Assembly: GCA_031277925.1 (NCBI GenBank)
Contig: JAITLJ010000045.1
Location: forward strand, 1-48,539
DNA from: Prevotellaceae bacterium
Lineage (GTDB): Bacteria; Bacteroidota; Bacteroidia; Bacteroidales; UBA932
Length of the DNA stretch: 48,539 nucleotides
Direction: 5' to 3'
Shown here: in pieces, positions 27,217 to 36,141 of the stretch
How the letters are laid out: each line of letters starts with the position of its first letter
Numbering within the stretch: position 1 is the first letter of the stretch
The notes under the pieces: model-generated
Seen by the model: only the letters and a program-made list of their open reading frames with translations
Told to the model about the DNA's origin: nothing
Databases searched by the model: none
Translations under genes and position numbers: made by a program

Positions 27217-28647
27217 CTAATTTCGTAATAAAGGTATTAGTTCTTCGAGCGATGTTTCTCCGTTCTTCAACATTTCAAGTCCTGCATCTTTCAGTGAGAT
27301 AATGTCGCGAGTTTTCAGTTGCGATTCGATATCCGATTCTGTATTACGAATAGCAGCCGACAGTTCTTCATCTATCGGGATTACTTCGTATATTGCTCTT
27401 CGTCCGCTGTATCCTGTATAGAAACATTTGTCGCAGCCTTTTGCTTCGTAATGGTATGATATATCGCTGTTTTGCAGTAAGTTTTTTATATCTTTGTTGA
27501 TAATTTCCTTTTTTTGTTTACAGTGTGGACACAATAATCTTATCAATCGTTGCGAAAGACACATTATCAAAGTGTTTGCTATAAGATACGGATGTACGCC
27601 CATGTCGATTAACCGTGAAACGCTTCCCCAGGCACTGTTCGTATGAATTGTTGAAAATATAAGATGTCCTGTCAGCGAACTTCTGATGGCTATTTGCGCT
27701 GTTTCGGTATCGCGAATTTCGCCAAGCATGATGATATCCGGATCTTGGCGTAAAAATGTTCTTAAAGCATTTGCAAATGTAAGACCTATTTCGTCTTTGA
27801 GCTGTACTTGATTTACGCCTGCAAGCGTGTATTCAACAGGATCTTCTATTGTAAGAATATTACCCGATTCTTTATTCAGTCTTCTTAATGTTGCATATAA
27901 TGTTGTACTTTTCCCCGAACCTGTAGGGCCGCATATTAATATCATTCCATGAGGTTTTTCTATAACTTTATAATAGTCGTTGAGCTGACGTTCGCTAAAT
28001 CCGAGATTCGAAAGTTCTAACAGTTCTATATGTCTGGTTAATAATCGCATAACTATTTTTTCGCCATAAATTGTCGGCAGCGATGATACGCGTACATCGA
28101 ATTTTTTACCGTTACGATTGTACAATATGCGACCATCCTGTGGAAGGCGGCGTTCGGAAATGTCAAGGTTGGCAAGAATTTTTATTTGGTTTACGAGAGA
28201 TGCATAATTAATTTTTTCGATAACATATCTTTCTATCAATTTGCCATCGATACGTAATCTTATACGGCATCTTTCTTCGTAACATTCTACATGAATATCG
28301 CTTGCGTAATTATCAAATGCTTCTTCAATCAATCCCATTAAAAAGCCCTGTCCGCTGCCAATTTCGCTAATGGACAGAGAAACGTTTCCTTTTTCGCGTG
28401 AATCTATGCGATAATATTGTCTTAATAGTTTTTGTATTTGCCCGTCATCTACAAATGTAACGTTTATCTTTATATTATAAAGTACATCAATTTCCTGACA
28501 AATGTAGTCGTATTTTTTACCATCCTGCCCGTAGCACAGCAAAACATTATTATCCATATCATAAGGAATCAATAAATATTCCCAAGCCTGTGCAGATGTG
28601 AATTTTTGTATAAATTCAATTGCTATATGCTGTTTTATTGTTGCCAT
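27217..28647 (-). CDS. Type IV filament assembly ATPase (GspE/PilB family)
   Basis: Walker A is GPTGSGKST, the Asp box is EDPVEY, Walker B is IIMLGEIRD and the His box is TGHLIFSTIHTN. The tetracysteine motif is CPHC...CDKC. Confidence 0.9.
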   Translation of the reverse strand: MATIKQHIAIEFIQKFTSAQAWEYLLIPYDMDNNVLLCYGQDGKKYDYICQEIDVLYNIKINVTFVDDGQIQKLLRQYYRIDSREKGNVSLSISEIGSGQGFLMGLIEEAFDNYASDIHVECYEERCRIRLRIDGKLIERYVIEKINYASLVNQIKILANLDISERRLPQDGRILYNRNGKKFDVRVSSLPTIYGEKIVMRLLTRHIELLELSNLGFSERQLNDYYKVIEKPHGMILICGPTGSGKSTTLYATLRRLNKESGNILTIEDPVEYTLAGVNQVQLKDEIGLTFANALRTFLRQDPDIIMLGEIRDTETAQIAIRSSLTGHLIFSTIHTNSAWGSVSRLIDMGVHPYLIANTLIMCLSQRLIRLLCPHCKQKKEIINKDIKNLLQNSDISYHYEAKGCDKCFYTGYSGRRAIYEVIPIDEELSAAIRNTESDIESQLKTRDIISLKDAGLEMLKNGETSLEELIPLLRN

Positions 28648-29117
28648 GTCAAAACATTAATAATTAGATACAAAGATAATATGCAGCCTGATATTCCAAC
28701 CAGCGGAACTGTTCTTTTTTTATGCCATATAACATAAATTGTAATCCACCATGCTAAGGCTGCCAAACATGAGCCGATTAAAAAATATATGAAATTACGA
28801 AACTCGAACACGGGAGTTAATGCAATAAAAAACAATATATCTCCAATGCCTGCAAAATGTTTTATTGAGGAAATTTTTCTGTTTTTTATATAAACATACA
28901 GTAATACGCCTAAAAACATGTAAACCAATATTGCAAGATTTAAAGTAAAATTCATGGCAGAAATGTTTAATCCATATAAAATAATTGCCGCCGTTACAGC
29001 GCAAACAGCAAGTATTATTATCCATATTAATGCTATTTTTCTGTAGCAAAAATCGCTTATTATCATTGGAACGACAGGAACAATGAGCAATAATAATATA
29101 TAGATTGAAACGTTCAT
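28635..29117 (-). CDS. Short A24-family prepilin peptidase-like membrane protein
   Basis: The polytopic ~160-aa protein carries two Asp motifs resembling the catalytic pair of A24 peptidases (ISDFCYRKI and AGIGDILFF). It has no N-terminal methyltransferase region. I prefer the ATG at 29117; the ORF-track start at 29123 is a TTG. Confidence 0.6.
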   Translation of the reverse strand: MNVSIYILLLLIVPVVPMIISDFCYRKIALIWIIILAVCAVTAAIILYGLNISAMNFTLNLAILVYMFLGVLLYVYIKNRKISSIKHFAGIGDILFFIALTPVFEFRNFIYFLIGSCLAALAWWITIYVIWHKKRTVPLVGISGCILSLYLIINVLTWQQ

Positions 29118-29124
29118 AAGCAAG

Positions 29125-29523
29125 TCAATCTTTCACTTTTTCTATAAGTTTTTTGTCCTGATCTATTTCCCAAACGTTGAAAATTCCATCGCCATCGAAA
29201 TCAACGATTGCCGTTGCCGTAGCTTTAAATCCCTGTTCGGATGCTTCTACAATTTCTATAAGATAGTTTGCATTACCGCCATTCGATACAAGCGGCTGCT
29301 GTTCAAATCCCACTTCTTCCAATGACAGGGAATAGCGGGAATAAGTATAAAAATGATTTTTTTCCAGTGTGTGCAAAAAAGCCAGTTGTTGTTGAGCTTC
29401 AGTGCTTTTGGCGCGCGAAATTAATGGCATGAGATTGGGTAGAGCCACCAATATTAAAATGCCTATAATCACCAAAACTATTAATAACTCGGAAAGCGAG
29501 TATGCTTTTAATTTCTTTTTCAT
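29125..29523 (-). CDS. Type IV pilin / pseudopilin-like protein (prepilin N-terminal cleavage motif)
   Basis: The N-terminus MKKKLKA|YSLSELLIVLVIIGILILVALP has Glu at +5 and a hydrophobic alpha-1 helix. I prefer the ATG at 29523; the upstream TTG at 29550 is used by the ORF track. Confidence 0.8.
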   Translation of the reverse strand: MKKKLKAYSLSELLIVLVIIGILILVALPNLMPLISRAKSTEAQQQLAFLHTLEKNHFYTYSRYSLSLEEVGFEQQPLVSNGGNANYLIEIVEASEQGFKATATAIVDFDGDGIFNVWEIDQDKKLIEKVKD

Positions 29524-29756
29524 ATTTTTTTTATTAAAATGAATTTGCAAAACAGATTATTTAACTTTGACTTCGCAAAATAATATAAAATTCTATAATG
29601 TTGTTTAAAAACAGTTGCAAGTTTATATAAAAAAAAGGATATTTAAAAATATTTTTGCTGTTTTTTTTATGCTCTTTTGATAATTGTCTATATATCAGGT
29701 CATTATTATTTATGCTTGAAAATGCATTAAATATATTTTATCAGAATTTTTGACTG

Positions 29757-30272
29757 TTATGGTTTTAGTAATTCAAATATTTTTTCAGGATTGTGATTTT
29801 CGCTTGTTAAAATAATTTCTGCCTGCTCGTAAACAGGTTCTCTGATTGACAAAAGGCGCTTTATATGTTCATACAGTTCGTTGTTGCTTTTGCCTTGCAG
29901 CAGCGGACGTTCCGGATTTGACAATAAAATATTTTCATATAATTCGTCAACGGTGCATTTTAGATAAATGCTTGTTCCATTAGCATTTATAAATTCCATA
30001 TTGTTGCCGAAGCAAGGCGTTCCGCCGCCTGTTGCAAGTACAAAATTATGATTGCCGGCTGTTATTTCGTGCAAGGCTTTCTGTTCGTATTCGCGAAATT
30101 TTTTTTCTCCTTCCTGCGTAAAAATTGTTGCTATGGAACGGTTATATTTTTTTTCGATATAATAATCTAAATCAAAAAAATCAACATTCAAAAGTTCGGA
30201 CAAAGGTTTTCCATAAGCGGTTTTTCCGCATCCCATGAAACCTGTAAGGAATATTTTTATGTTTTTATTCAC
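29757..30272 (-). CDS. aroK: Shikimate kinase
   Basis: The 171-aa ORF has the P-loop GFMGCGKT, an ATGGG motif and a typical length. The apparent start codon is GTG. Confidence 0.9.
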   Translation of the reverse strand: MNKNIKIFLTGFMGCGKTAYGKPLSELLNVDFFDLDYYIEKKYNRSIATIFTQEGEKKFREYEQKALHEITAGNHNFVLATGGGTPCFGNNMEFINANGTSIYLKCTVDELYENILLSNPERPLLQGKSNNELYEHIKRLLSIREPVYEQAEIILTSENHNPEKIFELLKP

Positions 30273-30294
30273 AAAATTTATATGTTCATAAAAA

Positions 30295-32949
30295 TTACAA
30301 CAACGACATTTGTATTGCTTTGCTGTCGTCGATTTCGGTTTTATTATTTATTGTTTCATCTTTTGGAGGATTTTTTTCGAACGGTTCAATAAACTTAACT
30401 GTATCGACATCAAATGTTGAAATGCGTTTACCTTTTGCGCGAAAACTTTTTGTTCCGATAAATTGTTCTACATCAATAAATTCTGCCGGACGTTTTGCAT
30501 GTTTTCCTTTGAATGTTATTTCAATTTGAGGATATTCATCGTGTGAAATTTCGATAAGGTACGATTGTTGATTTTCGTCTATAAAGCGTTGCGGGGCGTT
30601 TGATATTTCAAATTTGAAACGTTTAACATAGAAATATTTTTGTTCGCCATCAAAATAAGTTGCCGCAAAAACGGTATCGGGATTATATTTTTCGATAGAT
30701 AAAATACTTTCGTCATATCGATTGCTTAAATCAAAATTGGTTGTAAAATATGTTCCCTGGTTTGTAATTACAAGAATTTTATCATCACCGGCAAATTCGC
30801 CGATTAAAATTCCTCTTCCTTCGGCGTTCAGGCGATTTATTGATTCGTCGAACCAGATTTGGCGACCGCTCAATGTTGATTCGCCTTTTTCTTTCAATAC
30901 GATTTTATGAATAGCGTATTTTGTAAATATATTTCCGATTGATTGACGACCTTTAATGGCAAGTGTGCTGAAATCAAGTTCTGTTATAAGATTTTTCAGG
31001 CGCGGACGAGGTTTGAAATATATTTTCAATATTTCGGCTTCACCGTTGGCGTTTGCGCTAAAATACAAAATTTGCGAATGTACAGTTCCTCTGGTAAGGT
31101 CGTATTCACGGTCGCGGGTAATTGATGTAACGGCAAACCTTTTCATCATTATTGCTCCGTTTTTTCCATCGCGATAAACTGCATTATAGATTGTTCTGTC
31201 GTCGTTGCGTTTAAAAATTCCTGCATGTATAATGTCTTTTCCGACAAAGGTTTTTTCTGCAACTTTTGTGATGATATATTTTCCGTTTTTAAGAAAAACT
31301 ATAATATCGTCAACATCCGAACATTCGCAAACATATTCGTCTTTTTTCAATCCTGTTCCTACAAAACCTTCTGCACGGTTCACATACAGTTTTTCGTTTG
31401 CAACAACAACCTGAGATGCTTGAATTACATCAAAATTCATAATCTCCGTTTTGCGTTCGCGACCTTTTCCGTATTTCTTTTTTATTTGTTTGAAATATGT
31501 GATTGCATAATCAATCAGATTGTCGAGATTATTTTGTACTTCATCTACTTCAAATTCAATGTTTTTGATGTGTTCGTCAGCCTTTTTAATATCAAATTTT
31601 GATATTCGGCGCACAGGTTTATCGGTAAGTTTAAGTACATCTTCGCGGGTAATTGTACGTTTCAGTTTATTTTGATACGGAGTAAATGACAATTCTATTG
31701 CATCGAGCTGGTCTTCCCATGTTTTTGTATCTTTTTCGAGTTCTCGATAAATACGCTGTTCAAAGAATATTTTTTCCAGCGACGAATAATGCCAGTCTTC
31801 GAGCAGTTCGTTCATTCTTATTTCCAGTTCCCGTTTCAGAAGATTTTTTGTTGAATCGGTGCAACGTTTCAATATTTCGGTAACACCCAGAAACATTGGC
31901 ATTTTATCAACAATTACGCATGAATTTGGCGATATTGATATTTCGCAATCGGTGAATGCATAAAGCGCATCGATAGTTTTGTCGGGCGATGTGTCGTTGA
32001 CAAGATGAATAACTATTTCAACATTTTTTGATGTATTGTCGTCAACCTTTTTTATTTTTATTCTTCCCCTTTCGTTGGCTTTAAGTATTGATTCTATTAT
32101 ACCCGAAGTTGTTTTTCCGAAAGGAATGTTTGTAATGACAAGCGTTTTGAAATCTTCGCCTTTTATTATTCTTGCGCGTATTTTTACAGCGCCTCCGCGT
32201 ATGCCATCGTTATATCTTGAACAGTCAATATATCCGCTTGTCGGGAAATCGGGATACAGTTCAAAATCTTTACCTTGCAAATATTCAATCGAAGCGTCAA
32301 TAAGTTCATTGAAATTATGAGGCAGAATTTTTGAAGCCAATCCTACGGCAATTCCATCAACTCCCTGCGACAGCAGCAGTGGAAATTTCATTGGCAAAGT
32401 TACAGGTTCGTTGTTGCGACCATCGTATGATGGCATCCATTCCGTAATTTTATTGTTGAATGCTACGTCGTGGGCAAATTTTGACAGTCGCGCTTCGATA
32501 TAACGCGAAGCGGCAGCATTATCGCCCGTTAAAATATTTCCCCAGTTTCCCTGTGTTTCAATCAACAAATCTTTTTGCCCAAGCTGTACCAGTGCATCGC
32601 CGATAGATGCATCTCCGTGAGGATGATATTGCATGGTAGAACCTATGATATTTGCAACTTTATTGAAACGTCCATCATCCATCTTTTTCATTGCATGTAA
32701 TATTCGGCGCTGCACTGGTTTAAGTCCATCATGGATGTGGGGAACTGCACGTTCTAAAATTACATACGATGCATAATCAAGATACCAGTCTTTGTACATA
32801 CCGGAAAGAAGATGTTTCTTTGTGTCATCCGCTTCGATAAGTTTTGTAAATCGTCCGGAGGAAACTTCGTCTGTCACATTATCATTTTCGAGTTCTTCGG
32901 TTATTTCTGTTTCGTCTATTGGTTCGTCCAATTCAAAATCATCTGCCAT
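30295..32949 (-). CDS. parC: Type IIA topoisomerase subunit A, topoisomerase IV ParC-like
   Basis: The motifs DGLKPVQRRILHAM, YHPHGD and the active-site Tyr context AASRYIEARL are present. I saw no GyrA-box. It lies near a ParE-like subunit B gene. Confidence 0.8.
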   Translation of the reverse strand: MADDFELDEPIDETEITEELENDNVTDEVSSGRFTKLIEADDTKKHLLSGMYKDWYLDYASYVILERAVPHIHDGLKPVQRRILHAMKKMDDGRFNKVANIIGSTMQYHPHGDASIGDALVQLGQKDLLIETQGNWGNILTGDNAAASRYIEARLSKFAHDVAFNNKITEWMPSYDGRNNEPVTLPMKFPLLLSQGVDGIAVGLASKILPHNFNELIDASIEYLQGKDFELYPDFPTSGYIDCSRYNDGIRGGAVKIRARIIKGEDFKTLVITNIPFGKTTSGIIESILKANERGRIKIKKVDDNTSKNVEIVIHLVNDTSPDKTIDALYAFTDCEISISPNSCVIVDKMPMFLGVTEILKRCTDSTKNLLKRELEIRMNELLEDWHYSSLEKIFFEQRIYRELEKDTKTWEDQLDAIELSFTPYQNKLKRTITREDVLKLTDKPVRRISKFDIKKADEHIKNIEFEVDEVQNNLDNLIDYAITYFKQIKKKYGKGRERKTEIMNFDVIQASQVVVANEKLYVNRAEGFVGTGLKKDEYVCECSDVDDIIVFLKNGKYIITKVAEKTFVGKDIIHAGIFKRNDDRTIYNAVYRDGKNGAIMMKRFAVTSITRDREYDLTRGTVHSQILYFSANANGEAEILKIYFKPRPRLKNLITELDFSTLAIKGRQSIGNIFTKYAIHKIVLKEKGESTLSGRQIWFDESINRLNAEGRGILIGEFAGDDKILVITNQGTYFTTNFDLSNRYDESILSIEKYNPDTVFAATYFDGEQKYFYVKRFKFEISNAPQRFIDENQQSYLIEISHDEYPQIEITFKGKHAKRPAEFIDVEQFIGTKSFRAKGKRISTFDVDTVKFIEPFEKNPPKDETINNKTEIDDSKAIQMSLL

Positions 32950-33012
32950 ATAATATAAAGTGTTCTGCTGTTAAAATATTTTCAGTCAAGTGTTTATTTT
33001 TTTAAGTATATT

Positions 33013-33633
33013 TTACCATTTTTCCCAGTGTAAATAATTTTCTTTCCATTTGTCTTTGGGCGTCTGTTCGCCTTCGGGATAGCCAATTATTATAAACGAC
33101 AGAGGAATAACTGTTTCGGGCAAATTGAACGATTCCTGCAAGCGTTTTACTCTTTCTGTACCGGGATAAGCGCCTGTCCACACAGCGCCGAGTTGCATGG
33201 CTTCAACAGCCAGAAGGATATTTTGTGTTGCCGCCGAACAGTCCTGTGCCCAAAATTCGCTTGCTTCGCCTTGAAAAAATCTTTCTGAATTTCCGCACAC
33301 AAGTATTGCTCCGCCTGCGTTGCATAACATTTTATTGTTTGGCATTTTTTCGGAAAGGTTATTTAAAACAGCGCTGTCGCTTACGGCAACAAATTCCCAT
33401 GGCTGTTTATTTCCTGCCGATGGCGCTGCCATTCCTGCTTTTACCAGAGTTGTTAAATCGTCTTTGCTTATCATTTTGCGTTTTACAAAATCGCGTACGC
33501 TTTTGCGATTATGAATGTTTTGAAGAACAATGGTTTTTGTATCAACCGTAACAGCTTCTTCCTTTTTTTCCTGATTGCTGCACGAAGCGACAAAAATGCC
33601 TGCTATTGCAAGGCTAATAAAAATTGTTTTCAT
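33013..33633 (-). CDS. Nitroreductase-family flavoprotein with a lipoprotein signal peptide
   Basis: The N-terminus MKTIFISLAIAGIFVASC has a lipobox. The nitroreductase motifs are RKSVRDF and APSAGNKQPWEFV. Confidence 0.75.
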   Translation of the reverse strand: MKTIFISLAIAGIFVASCSNQEKKEEAVTVDTKTIVLQNIHNRKSVRDFVKRKMISKDDLTTLVKAGMAAPSAGNKQPWEFVAVSDSAVLNNLSEKMPNNKMLCNAGGAILVCGNSERFFQGEASEFWAQDCSAATQNILLAVEAMQLGAVWTGAYPGTERVKRLQESFNLPETVIPLSFIIIGYPEGEQTPKDKWKENYLHWEKW

Positions 33634-33673
33634 TTTCTGATATTTTTTTAATAATATTTAAATAATAAATTTG

Positions 33674-35539
33674 TTAACTTTCATAACGTAATCTGTTTAC
33701 AATAAAATCTTTTCGTTCGGGTGTGTTATCGCCCATATAAAATTCCAAAAGTTCGCGTATCGAATCGTTTTTGCTCAAATGTACTCTGTCGATGCGTATT
33801 TTTTCGCCTATAAATTCTTCAAATTCTTCGGGCGAAATTTCGCCAAGACCTTTGAAACGTGTAATTTCTGCTTGATTGCCAAGCGTTTTTATTGCTTTTT
33901 GACGCTCATCTTCATTATAGCAATAATAAGTTGTATTACCGTTTTTTTTCTTTGCATCGTCTGCTGTTCGCATTCCTATTTTGCGTACCCTGAAAAGCGG
34001 CGTTTGCAAAATATACAAATGTCCCAAACGAATTACATCAGGAAAAAATTGCAGAAAGAACGTCAATAGCAGCAGGCGAATATGCATTCCATCAACATCG
34101 GCATCGGTTGCAATCACTATTTTATTATAACGCAGATTGTCTATGCTTTCTTCTATATTAAGAGCGGTCTGCAAAAGATGAAATTCTTCGTTGTCATAAA
34201 CTATGCGTTTCGTTTTTCCATAAGTATTCAGCGGTTTGCCGCGAAGGCTGAAAACGGCTTGAGTATTCACATCGCGCGATTTTGTTATTGAACCGCTTGC
34301 CGAATCGCCTTCAGTTATAAACAGGGTAGAATTTTCGGCAAGATTATGTTTGTCATTGTAATGTACACGGCAATCGCGAAGTTTTTTATTGTGAATGTTT
34401 GCCTTTTTTGCACGTTCGCGCGCAATTTTTTGGAAACCCGATATTGTTTTGCGTTCTTTTTCGGATTCTTGAATTTTTTTAAGGATAATTTCTGACGTCG
34501 CTTTATTTTTATGAAGATATTTATCCAATTCTTCTGAAAGAAAATCAATTACAAATGTGCGTATTGATTTGCCGTTTGGCGACATGTCTTTTGAGCCGAG
34601 TTTGATTTTGGTTTGCGATTCAAAAACAGGTTCTATCACTTTTATGCTTATTGCGGCGTACATCGACATGCAAATATCTTTTGTGTCAAAATCTTTTTTG
34701 TAAAAGTCGCGTATTGTTTTTCCTATTGCTTCTCGAAATGCGCTCAGATGAGTTCCTCCCTGCGTTGTATGCTGTCCATTTACAAACGAAAAGCAGGTGT
34801 CGCCATAGCCCGACCCGTGAGTAATTACAACTTCAATATCATCGCCTTTCAGGTATATTGGCGAATACAACGGCTCTTCGCTCATGTTTTCATTAAGCAA
34901 ATCAAGCAATCCGTATTTTGAAACATAGTTTACGCCGTTAAGCGAAATGGTTAATCCCATATTAAGATAGGTGTAATTTTTAACCATTGTTTCAATAAAA
35001 CTGTTGTTGATAACGTAATTGCCAAAAATGTTTTTATCGGCAACAAAAATTATATTTGTTCCGTTTCCTGTGTTTGTAGCTTTTATTATATCTTCAATCA
35101 GATTTCCACATTCAAAAGAAACGTAGCGTGATTTGTTTTCACGTATAGATTCTACGCAAAATTTTGAAGATAAAGCATTTACCGCCTTAAGACCGACTCC
35201 GTTCAATCCTACCGATTTTTTAAATACTTCCGAATCATATTTTGCGCCTGTATTCATTTTTGATGTGGCGTCAACAAGTGCCCCAAGCGGAATTCCGCGT
35301 CCATAATCGCGGACGCAAATTTCATCTTCGTTTATCGTAATATCAATACGCTTGCCGTAACCCATTATATACTCGTCAATTGAGTTGTCGACAACTTCTT
35401 TCAGCAATACATAAATTCCATCGTCGGGAGAAGATCCATCGCCAAGTTTGCCTATGTACATGCCCGCACGACGGCGTATATGTTCTTTCCAGTCGAGGGT
35501 TATAATATCCTCTTCAATATAGTCCTTTATTTCGTTCAT
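33674..35539 (-). CDS. parE: Type IIA topoisomerase subunit B, topoisomerase IV ParE-like
   Basis: The GHKL ATPase motifs are [11 protein letters not shown] and GLNGVGLK. The Toprim motifs are TEGDSASGS and [11 protein letters not shown]. Confidence 0.85.
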   Translation of the reverse strand: MNEIKDYIEEDIITLDWKEHIRRRAGMYIGKLGDGSSPDDGIYVLLKEVVDNSIDEYIMGYGKRIDITINEDEICVRDYGRGIPLGALVDATSKMNTGAKYDSEVFKKSVGLNGVGLKAVNALSSKFCVESIRENKSRYVSFECGNLIEDIIKATNTGNGTNIIFVADKNIFGNYVINNSFIETMVKNYTYLNMGLTISLNGVNYVSKYGLLDLLNENMSEEPLYSPIYLKGDDIEVVITHGSGYGDTCFSFVNGQHTTQGGTHLSAFREAIGKTIRDFYKKDFDTKDICMSMYAAISIKVIEPVFESQTKIKLGSKDMSPNGKSIRTFVIDFLSEELDKYLHKNKATSEIILKKIQESEKERKTISGFQKIARERAKKANIHNKKLRDCRVHYNDKHNLAENSTLFITEGDSASGSITKSRDVNTQAVFSLRGKPLNTYGKTKRIVYDNEEFHLLQTALNIEESIDNLRYNKIVIATDADVDGMHIRLLLLTFFLQFFPDVIRLGHLYILQTPLFRVRKIGMRTADDAKKKNGNTTYYCYNEDERQKAIKTLGNQAEITRFKGLGEISPEEFEEFIGEKIRIDRVHLSKNDSIRELLEFYMGDNTPERKDFIVNRLRYES

Positions 35540-35656
35540 ATAATTTTATATTCTTTGCCTGATTGTCTTAATAATAAAAACATTACATAATTACGCAATT
35601 ATAAGATATTTCCATTTATTTAATTAAATTACCTGTTCACCGTTATTTTTAATTAT

Positions 35657-35696
35657 AATTATAGCGCAGCAGCAACGCTATAATTTTGCAAATGTA
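35657..35696. promoter_or_regulatory. Perfect 10-bp palindrome overlapping two opposed -7 boxes in the parE / susC divergent spacer
   Basis: The stem AATTATAGCG (35657-35666) / CGCTATAATT (35676-35685) encloses a 9-nt loop. TAATTTTG lies on the plus strand at 35681-35688. CAAATGTA at 35689-35696 reads TACATTTG on the minus strand. Confidence 0.35.
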
Positions 35697-36059
35697 CAAA
35701 TTTTGCAGTTAATTGAATTATAAATTTATCAACAATTAATGCAATACTGTTTCTATGATTATATGATAATAAATTTATTTTCAATATTTTACAATTAAAA
35801 TCATTTGTGATAACTTCTAATATTTTTCGATTTAGAGCGTTTATTGCAATAAAATTAAAAAATATTGCACAACAAATTTTGAAAATTGTTACAGAATTTA
35901 AATAGCATCTGTGAAAATATCTTTATTTTTTTTGCCGTTTTCAAAAAATAATATTTTGTGTAACCAGCAGCAAGCAAATTGTTACTTTTATCAATAGAGA
36001 TGTAACTAATATTAAAACAGATGTTACATTTTCGTTTCGTATTATCCTGTATTCATACT

Positions 36060-36067
36060 TATCTTTG
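36060..36067 (+). promoter_or_regulatory. -7 promoter box (TATCTTTG) proximal to susC
   Basis: TATCTTTG matches TAnnTTTG and lies 75 nt upstream of the susC ATG. Confidence 0.35.
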
Positions 36068-36141
36068 TATAAAAAAATTATATCATGTAAAAACATGTAA
36101 AGATGAAATTATATTATCATTTAAAGTAAAAAAATGCAAGT

